Source of the DNA: Octopus vulgaris
Taxonomy: Eukaryota
Length of the DNA stretch: 64,000 nt
Assembly: GCA_951406725.2 (NCBI GenBank)
Contig: OX597820.1
Coordinates: 96,038,001-96,102,000, forward strand
Reading direction: 5' to 3'
Shown here: positions 55,281 through 64,000 of the stretch, piece by piece
How the letters are laid out: each line of letters starts with the position of its first letter
Position numbering within the stretch: the first letter of the stretch is position 1
The notes under the pieces: model-generated
The model's database searches: none
Seen by the model: only the letters and a program-made list of their open reading frames with translations
What the model was told of the DNA's origin: nothing
Translations under genes and position numbers: made by a program

Positions 55281-56470
55281 TTGATGTATTTGGGGATGGT
55301 CATGTTGTTAGTTTAACCAACGAAAGCACACGCACTATATACTTGGAGTTTATTGGCTTCAGCTTTATTTTATATTTATTGTATTACGGCCAGAGTTTTT
55401 TCGTCACATTTCTGTGGCCATTTCAGTGGCCCTTTGCGTTTTCTTTTCTTCTTTTTTTTTTATCTCACCTTACTAACGACCTGACATTTTATATTCCTCT
55501 TATATGTGTCTTTATTCGCGCATGCGTATATGCCTCTGTGTGTCTTTATTTGTGCATGCGTATATCCCTGTATGTGTCTATGTTTAGTAAATGTGTGTTT
55601 AGGAACGTGTAAGGTACCTGCATTATCAGTATCCCCTGTTTATTCACGTTCGTTTAATTTACTTCTTTTTATTTTATTTATTTGTTTTTATTTACTTACT
55701 TTTTCATTTCTGTCTTTTTTTCTATTCATTTAATTTAATATATTTTATTTTGTTTATGTTTATAATTATTTCATTCCATTTATTTACATGTGTATTGTAA
55801 TAGTTTCATATTATTAGTTTATGGGGATCTTATTCTGTCATAGGTTGTGGTGTGTTGTGTATGTGTGCTAGTGTTCCATTCTAGTTTTCTATTTAGGGCT
55901 AGATTTATCTTCTATTATGTTTGTAGCTTCTGTAATTTGTCTAAGCGTTGCGTCGGTTCTATGTGTGGACAAGATTTTAGCTTCTATGCTGTTGAGTGAG
56001 CTTCCGTGTTCTCGCTCCGTGTGCTGGTATAGAACCGATGTGCTCTTCTCTTCCTTAAGTTCCCTCTAATACTTATTTACCCGCTCTCTTATGCTCCGTG
56101 TTGTCTCCTCTGCGTACGTCGTTGTCTTGTTTCTGCACCTTCCCCAGTACATCTTATACTATAGACTACATTCATAGCTTTATAGATTGTCTGTGGGCTA
56201 AATTTACATGCAATAAAGTTCCTGTCAGTACAAGGGTTCTACTAAAAGGGTAGATTCTATCGATTAGGGATTTGATAGTTTTACCTGGCCTTTCTACAAC
56301 GTTAATTCTTAACTCAAGCTTGTCTAGGCTCCTTCTAAAGTGGTACGCCAGTTCGCCTCTAGGGGTGGTATCGACGAAAATGACAATTTGGTATTTGTGG
56401 CTATCATACCATGAATTGGTCTTCTCTATTTTCTTCTTAGTCCTTTCAATGGTATTCCATGACTTGAAAC
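55281..56470 (-). mobile_element. Penelope-like element 3' end: GIY-YIG endonuclease remnant plus pLTR
   Basis: Minus-strand TTYAEETTRSIRERVNKY*RELKEEKSTSVLYQHTEREHG ... KILSTHRTDATLRQITEA, followed by a non-coding tail with an HHR that recurs at 63637-64000. Confidence 0.8.
55388..55431 (-). ncRNA. Minimal hammerhead motif in a Penelope pLTR (core decayed)
   Basis: GGCCA-CTGAAAT-G-GCCAC-AGAAAT-GTGAC-GAAA-AAAC-TC^TGGCC. Confidence 0.6.
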
Positions 56471-56864
56471 CAATAATAATGATATTATTATAAGTATAAT
56501 AAATTCATGATACATAATACATACCACGTAGAGCAGTGCTACGCCGGTACGCGGCGAGTGTCCAGAAAAAAAAGAAACAATAGCAGAGTTTCAGTAATTT
56601 CACCTTATGCACTGCAGTAAACAACTTATCAGCTGGCCGGTGGAGCGTGTTACTCACCAACTTTTATCATATTCATTACATATATATTGTTTCCGGTATA
56701 AATTAATATTACTAAAAATTATTACCGGTCCCTTGCACAATGGAAAAAAAACTGCCGGTATGTTACATCAGATAGTTTGAGAAGCACTACTGTATATAAC
56801 ATGTGACTCTTAATCAAATATTCACATATAGTATATTTATATATATATATACATATTCTATTTA

Positions 56865-57207
56865 CACCTTCTCCTCGACCTACGACCGAGATTCGTTCCG
56901 ACAAACAGGTTGTAAGTCGATTAGGTCGTATGTGGTAAAGGTCGTATGTTGAATTTATGATTTTTCGACACTATTTTCATTCAAACACAACTGATACTTA
57001 AAAGCAACTGAGTGAGAGACAAAGACGAGCAGTGGATCCTTAGATCTGAGGGAGGCCATAGTTATCAAATACTGCCATAGTTGTCGTACGCGTAGCTGCC
57101 CAACGTCCGAAAATCGATTTTTTATTTATAATTTAAAAAAAAAAATTTTTGTGGTCGTAAGTGCGGATGGTCCTAAGTCAGTCACATTGGTCGTAGTCGA
57201 GAAGGTG
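56865..57207. mobile_element. Tigger/pogo-like MITE
   Basis: TA-flanked inverted ends CACCTTCTCCTCGACCTACGACC and GGTCGTAGTCGAGAAGGTG, with internal GGTCGTA repeats. Confidence 0.7.
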
Positions 57208-57357
57208 TATGCATAGTTCCAGTGTGGGCGCGCGAGTACACACACGCGCACGCAATACAGACATACATATATACATACATGCATATATACATGCATACAT
57301 GCATGCGCACATACATATATACTTACGTACGTACGTACATACATACATACTACTTTT

Positions 57358-57572
57358 TTCCAAAGAATCTAGTGCTCTTAGCTTAGATTTCCTTTGGGCC
57401 AGCCAGATTTGAGTAGTCTCGAGTGTAACCAGCCGAAACTGCAGGGACGATCTGGTACTCGATTGACGGCAGAAAGCTCCGAATGACCCGTCCTTGTTTT
57501 TCCCTGTCCTTCTTTGTATCGTGTCACTGTCCGGATATTATTTTGTCGCCTGTTACGTTCTTGTTCCACTTT
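57358..57572 (+). repeat. Dispersed structured repeat
   Basis: Collinear with 58915-59135. Confidence 0.85.
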
Positions 57573-58368
57573 TTTTATATATATATATACATATAGCGGC
57601 GTACGTACACTTTTGATCTTCTGTATGTTAGTAAATATATATATATATATATATAAATTAAAAACCACTATTATGTAATTCAGACAATGATAGACGTAAA
57701 TAAACAGTATATATTATATATTATTTATTATATAAATATATTATTTATTATTATGTACTTTATTGTGATCTAGATAAATGTTTTATCATATATTTTATTT
57801 TTATTTTTTCTATATGGTGTGATTTACGTCTATCATTGTTTGACTTACATAATAGTGATTTTTCTCTAATTTATATATATATATATGTGTGTGTGTGTGT
57901 GAGCAAAACGCCCCCCGTCCAATGGATGGTGCTGAGTTGTGAAACATTTAAACCAAACTTTCTCAAAACAACTAGTCCGACAGTCCCATTTTGTGACATT
58001 ACTTCAAACCAGCTGGCTTTTTTGCGCAAACTGCGCGTGCAATTTTCTCGCTTACGCGTACTATGGATCGCAACAGCTGATGTACTTGCGCGTACAAATG
58101 CACGTTCCCACGGTTTTATCGATCGCATTCTCATCTGAAATTGATTTTTGTAATTTTTTCAAGACTTATTCACGCTCTGATACCGTCGGTATCTACATAT
58201 TAAATTTGAACGCAATAAGATGGAGGATGTCCAAGATCCTAGAAGACACACAGACAGACAGAACGGATTTTGTATAGTGTATATATATATATATATATAT
58301 ATAAATTGAATTTGATTTAATAGTAAATTTGAATTTTATACTCCTGTAAGTTTGGATATTATACTCCC

Positions 58369-58431
<63 letters not shown>

Positions 58432-58914
58432 CATATATATATATATATATATATTCTGTACGACTCTTTTACTCGTTATCTTAGTCCCCTTCACACTTCG
58501 TTCTTTCCAATTTTCTTTTTCACGCTTCCCATCTCTCACATTTCTCGGCCTTCTCTTCATTCTCATCACTTTCCCTCCTCTTTTACCTCTCATGTACATT
58601 ACTCTATGTCCCTTTCCTTTCTTTTTCCCTCTTACTCGTCCCTCCCTAATTCTTCAAATTCTCTGTCCCCTAACTCTCCCCTCTCCTTCCACGTGACCGG
58701 AGTTCCACCAAGCCTGACCGTTCTTACTTGGTTCGACTGCCATCCGCGTAGCATCTGTTATATTCCTTCCCATGACTTTCACCCCTTATGTTCCTGCCGT
58801 AAGGCTTCACTCCACACACGCCAGCTTAATTTGATTCGTCCTGTTTGTATTTGTAATTGTGTACCATTTCTCCGTTTCTTTTTCGTCTCCGTTTTCGTAT
58901 ACATTCGCTTGTTT

Positions 58915-59135
58915 TCTTCCAAAGAATCTAATGCTCTTAGCTTAGATTTTCTTGGCGCCGGCCAGATTTGAGCAGTCCCGAGTGTAACTGGCTGAAACTG
59001 CAGGGACGATCCGGATTTTGACTGACGATAGAAAGCTCCGAATGATCAGTCCTTGTTTTTTCCTGTTCTCCTTTGTATCGTCTAACTGTCCGGATATTTT
59101 GTTGTCGTCTGTTAGGTTCCTGTTCCACTTTTCGT
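58915..59135 (+). repeat. Dispersed structured repeat
   Basis: Collinear with 57358-57572. Confidence 0.85.
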
Positions 59136-59143
59136 TTTGTTAC

Positions 59144-59199
<56 letters not shown>

Positions 59200-59607
59200 A
59201 TGTATGTATGTATGTATGTATACACATACAAACACACACACACGGAAATGCATATTGTGTGTATATGTGTGTTTGCGTGTGACTTCGTAATATGCTTCTC
59301 TAGCTTACACGTTGTTATAAAAGGTCTGTTTCAACTCAAATGATGTTCTGTCGGTAGCGCGTGACGTATTCTATACATCTAAAACGCTTTGCTCTCCATG
59401 GACTAAGAATTGGTGATTATTTGTGAAGACCCTTTATTCAGATGTTCTGCGGTGAGTGATATACATTTAGCCCAGCTTCTCTCTAGAGCTGTAAATTCAA
59501 AGAATCTTGGCGCTATAAGTGATAAAAGATACACATTTGTATCTGCAATTCTATTAAGCACTTTATATATAGTATATACATAAATATATATACACATGAT
59601 TATATAG

Positions 59608-59677
<70 letters not shown>

Positions 59678-59700
59678 GTATATTCATGAGTGTATGTATA

Positions 59701-59794
<94 letters not shown>

Positions 59795-60099
59795 TATACT
59801 AATTGCTAGCAAAGAGACTATTTTGTCTTGCAAGCTTAATATACTACTAAGTATATTAAAGTTTCAAAAGTCAATATTGTGTGTTATTTTGTTCTAGCAG
59901 TGTGCTATTCTTGCTTTTACGTTTATCTCTATATGTTTTCCATAGTTCCATAGAATTCAGAACCAGCACTGCAAGTTACGACGTTTCGTATACGAATACA
60001 CCCATGTAAACAGCGTGATCGATGATAAAAAAGAAAACAGAGGATACCCACAAGGGACCAGAGTTTTGCAATATTGTTTTATTCGCTTAATTTGACATG

Positions 60100-60957
60100 T
60101 TTACACTTGTATTTCTTTCAAAGTATTCTCTCCATTTGAAGCAATGCATCGGTCCAGGCGTATTTTTCACTGTTCGAAGCAATGCTGGAACTCTTGCAAA
60201 ATGATGCCTTTTAAAGCCTCCGACAATTTTTTTTCTTTACCTCTTCCACATCTGCAAATTCCTCCGCACCAAATATCGTCATCAGTGATGACCTGCGAGG
60301 AAAGGTCCGGATCAACTTCCAACACTTCTTCCAACATGCATTCAATCGTGACTGTTTTTGATCTTCCATGATCACGCGAGGCACGAAATTTGCTGCATCT
60401 CTTTTCTTTCACAATACCTCGCTCAAAAGTCTTTGACATGAACTCCAGGAGACATTATTCGCATCAATAAGTTTGTCGATTGTTTGGTGACGGTCCTTCA
60501 AGATCAGTTCATGAATTTTGCTTATGTTTTCGTTCGTTCGGGAGGTCGACAGTTACCCGGAACGAGATTGTTCTTCAAGCGACAAGTGACCGTTCCTAGA
60601 GCGTGAAAACCTCTTGTAAACTTGTGTTTTGCTTAGTCACCGGTCTTGTAAGCTGTCTGAAGCTTAGCAACTGTTTCGGCCACCGTTTTCCCCAGCGAAA
60701 AACAGAATTTCATAGAAGTACGCTGTTCTTTCGTTTCAGTCAACGCAAAAATCGACGAACACGGGAGAAGCACTGCAAAACAAAGACGCACTGCAAAACA
60801 AAGTCGTACCACGTGGCAGTACGACCTCAGACGACGACGCCAGTCGGTTGAATTATGGTTGAGGGGTCGCATCTAGAGGCTTCTAGCGGTTGAAGCTTGA
60901 ACTACAACGGGGTCGTCCTGCAGAGAATGTTTCCGGTTACTTTTCGGTACCCCACGC
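60100..60957 (-). mobile_element. Mariner remnant, internally deleted
   Basis: N-terminal EQRTSMKFCFSLGKTVAETVAKLQTAY, VITDDDIW, and C-terminal EFQHCFEQ*KIRLDRCIASNGEYFE. Confidence 0.8.
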
Positions 60958-60959
60958 AT

Positions 60960-61322
60960 ATGCGTAGGACGTTCTCGTCGTGCTCTACAGATCTTCCAGA
61001 ACGACGCTCATTTCTGGAACCAACGTTGACACTGTCCGATCCTCTGCATTAATATTCTTCGTACTTTCCCTTGCGTCCTCACCTTTATTGAACTCACAAA
61101 GCAAAATATGCCGAATATACTCCTTTGCCACTTCCAGTATAGCTTTGAAAAAATAACTGTTAAAATCGAACTGCACTCTTCAAAACTTGCACTAAGAATA
61201 CGTACAAGGTAAAATTACTATCTGCTTTTATAGCAAGTTGATGCAGGTAGTTTATCCCGTCCCCCTCTGAATTTTAGTTCATGCAATTGAAAAACCGTAT
61301 TAATTATGGGTTGGCCCAATAT
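60960..61322 (-). mobile_element. Mariner 5' fragment
   Basis: TA-TTGGGCCAACCCATAA terminus and EYIRHILLCEFNKGEDARESTKNINA. Confidence 0.8.
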
Positions 61323-61324
61323 AT

Positions 61325-61490
61325 ACAATGGGCTTCTTTCAGTTTCCGTCTACCAAATCCATTCACACGGCTTTGGTTGGCCCAAGGTTATAGTAGAAGA
61401 CATTTGCTCAAGGTGCTACGGAGTGGGTCTTAGCCCGGAACAATGTGGTTGGGAAGCAAGCTAATTATCACAGAGCCACGTCTGCGCCTA
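61325..61490 (-). mobile_element. SINE A 5' half
   Basis: Homology to family A. Confidence 0.8.
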
Positions 61491-61629
61491 TCCACGCAGC
61501 CACGCTTGCGCCTGGGCAAATGGGTTTAGTGCTCTTGAAGAATATTAAATTGCATAAGTAGCAGAAAATTAAGACTGCGGTACACGACCATAACGCTATT
61601 CCAGATGCGAATTTCTTTGGAAGAATGTG

Positions 61630-61825
61630 GAGAGCTGGGAGAATCGTTAGCAGCCGAATAAAATGTTTATCGGCATTTCGTCTTCACTTTCTGCGTTCAA
61701 ATTCCGCCGAGGTCGATAGAATACTTTCGAAGTTAATAAATTAAATACCATTCAAACACTGGGGTCGATGTAATCGACCTACTTCATTCCTTAAAATTGC
61801 TGGCCTTGTGTCAAAATTTGAAATC
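61630..61825 (+). mobile_element. SINE, family C
   Basis: GAGCTGGGAGAATCGTTAGC ... GTTCAAATTCCGCCGAGGTCGA. Confidence 0.75.
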
Positions 61826-62865
61826 AATATTTCATTGTAAGCTTTGAAGGATATCAATAATTTTTGCAGGATGAAGTATTTCCTGAAACTGACGGATAAA
61901 AGTAAGACAGTAGAAGGGGAACTATCCTAGCTGTCTCATGAATATGTTTTCGCTGGTAGACATCCTTGATAGTAAGGGTATCAACTATTGGAGTAATTTT
62001 AAGTACCTTAACTGGAAGCTGAGTATGGGTTAAGAGGGAGAGGTGCAATGATGTTTCCTTGATATAAGTAGTGCTTGTGTTTTTATGAGTCGACAATAAC
62101 ATGTCCTATTTGTTGTTACCCTCGAGGTCTCTGTTCGTGCAACAGCAGTAGTAGTAATAACATATAAGCGCAGATAGTAATGTTCGCTTTATTCATCTAA
62201 ATTTCTTTGAAGAAAATTAACCACACTGAAGTTGTCGATTATTCATTTAGATAAATATCGAGTTGTAAATAATGAATTCAGGTAGATCGATACACAGACA
62301 GACTATTCAATTGCAATATTACTGTTCTTGATTCATGTAGGTAAAAATGAAGAATTAACAATAAATGAATAAATAAATATATTTTGCTGATAGACGAACA
62401 GAATTTACTTTAAGCTGTAGTTTCAGTAAGCTATAACAACGAAAAGTGGCAGCCTTCTATTTTATTTCAGATTAAAAGTACATTTCGCTGATTTATTTCA
62501 TTTGTGTCATTTGCTCAATTAAATTTTGTATATAGAAATACGTTTCAAATGTAGCTAGGGTGTGCGAAACATAAGTTTCGCTTACTAGAAACGGTTCGCT
62601 TTTGTTTTCTTTTGTGTGTAATCAATAAACCGTCATACTGCTATTATACTTGTTCAAAAGACAATGAACCTACACAAATGAAGAAAGACATTCCAAACTT
62701 AATAGACAAGTTAAATATAACACATACACAAAGACATAGGCGCGCCCAACCCCGCACGCATGCATATATGTATCGGTGATATTTGAACATTTCAATATAT
62801 CATTTTCTACAGCTGTTTCAATAACTCTTACCAAACATTTGATAGGCAGACAAACTGATAGATAA

Positions 62866-62900
<35 letters not shown>

Positions 62901-63437
62901 TATATATAGACATATAAACATACACTCACAGACATGTATGTGTGTGTGTGGCTCCCATGTAAGCATCGGTCATCTTATCTTTCTATCTCTCCGTTGTAGC
63001 TGGAACAAGGAAGACGTGTTCTGTTTTTTCTCCTGTCCTAGCTTAATTTACACGTTCGCCACAACAACCTTGTTTAGGCTTAGCAGCACTTCCAGTTTAT
63101 TTTCACTATCCTGTTTGTGTTACCAATTTTGACTCTCCGCAAAATTCCAAATTTTATTTCATTTGTTTTACGGTAGCAACTGTTTTATCGAAAGCGTATA
63201 TTGTTGTTAAATACTTGAAATATGAGACTAGAAAAACAGCCAACAACTGATGAAAGGTTGTTCTTTATGTTAACTGTTTTGTTTTGGATTTGTGGCTTTC
63301 GTTGGTCGAAAGAATAGTTCAAGTTACATGCACTCGTGCGTCATACTTTTTTGTTCTACACGTTCTGTACCCACATATGCATATATATATATATATATAT
63401 ACACATACAGATGTAAGTACATATACGTATGTATAAA

Positions 63438-63472
<35 letters not shown>

Positions 63473-63536
63473 TATTTATAATATTATATGATTGAATACC
63501 ACGCATCCTCTTCCAAGTAAGATTTATCTTACTTGG

Positions 63537-63630
<94 letters not shown>

Positions 63631-63636
63631 TTTATA

Positions 63637-64000
63637 TTGATGTATTTGGGATGGTCATGTTTCTAGTTTAACAATGAAAGCACACGCAAATATACTTGGA
63701 GATCATATGCTTCAGCTTTATTTTATATTAATTGTATTTCGGCCAGAGATTTTTCGTCACACTTCTGTGACCTCATCAGCAGTCCTTTGCTTTTCCCTTC
63801 TTTTTTTGTATCTCTCCTTACTAACAAACTGCCATTTTATATTCCTGTTATATGTGTCTTTATTTGCACATGTGTATATGCCTGTGTGTGTCTTTATTTG
63901 TGCATGCGCACATCTCTGTATGTGTCTATGTTTAGTAAGTGTGTGCGTGGGAATGTGTATGGTATCTGCATTATCAGTATCCCCTGTTTATTCACGATCG
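63637..64000 (-). mobile_element. Second copy of the Penelope pLTR (runs off the window end)
   Basis: Collinear with 55281-55650. Confidence 0.85.
63741..63785 (-). ncRNA. Minimal hammerhead motif with canonical CUGAUGA/GAAA core
   Basis: GGACTG-CTGATGA-G-GTCAC-AGAAGT-GTGAC-GAAA-AATC-TC^TGGCC. Confidence 0.7.

Overview
AT-rich, microsatellite-saturated animal DNA. The SINE families and repeat density suggest a coleoid cephalopod such as Octopus (inference). I can support only one host coding exon: 47668-47373 on the minus strand, encoding a signal-peptide-like segment plus an LRR N-cap and ending at a phase-2 GTAAGT donor. It is the first exon of an extracellular leucine-rich-repeat protein (LGR/Slit-type exon structure). 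I found no second exon, so most of 1-47372 is probably one intron. The rest is transposon debris: RTE, Tx1/L1, R4/NeSL-like and Penelope retroelements, Helitron, hAT-like and Tc1/mariner remnants, MITEs and many tRNA-derived SINEs. The most notable signal is non-coding. About ten minimal type I hammerhead ribozyme (HHR) motifs from several unrelated sequence families are present, most with a palindromic (dimer-forming) helix III. Two lie in separate ~360-bp partial-tandem units resembling non-LTR retrozymes, one with a ~218-bp inverted copy. One family is attached to a Penelope GIY-YIG remnant, and several carry recurrent core variants or enlarged helix II. All structures were folded by eye and none has been tested. 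Most ORF-track entries are microsatellite translations.
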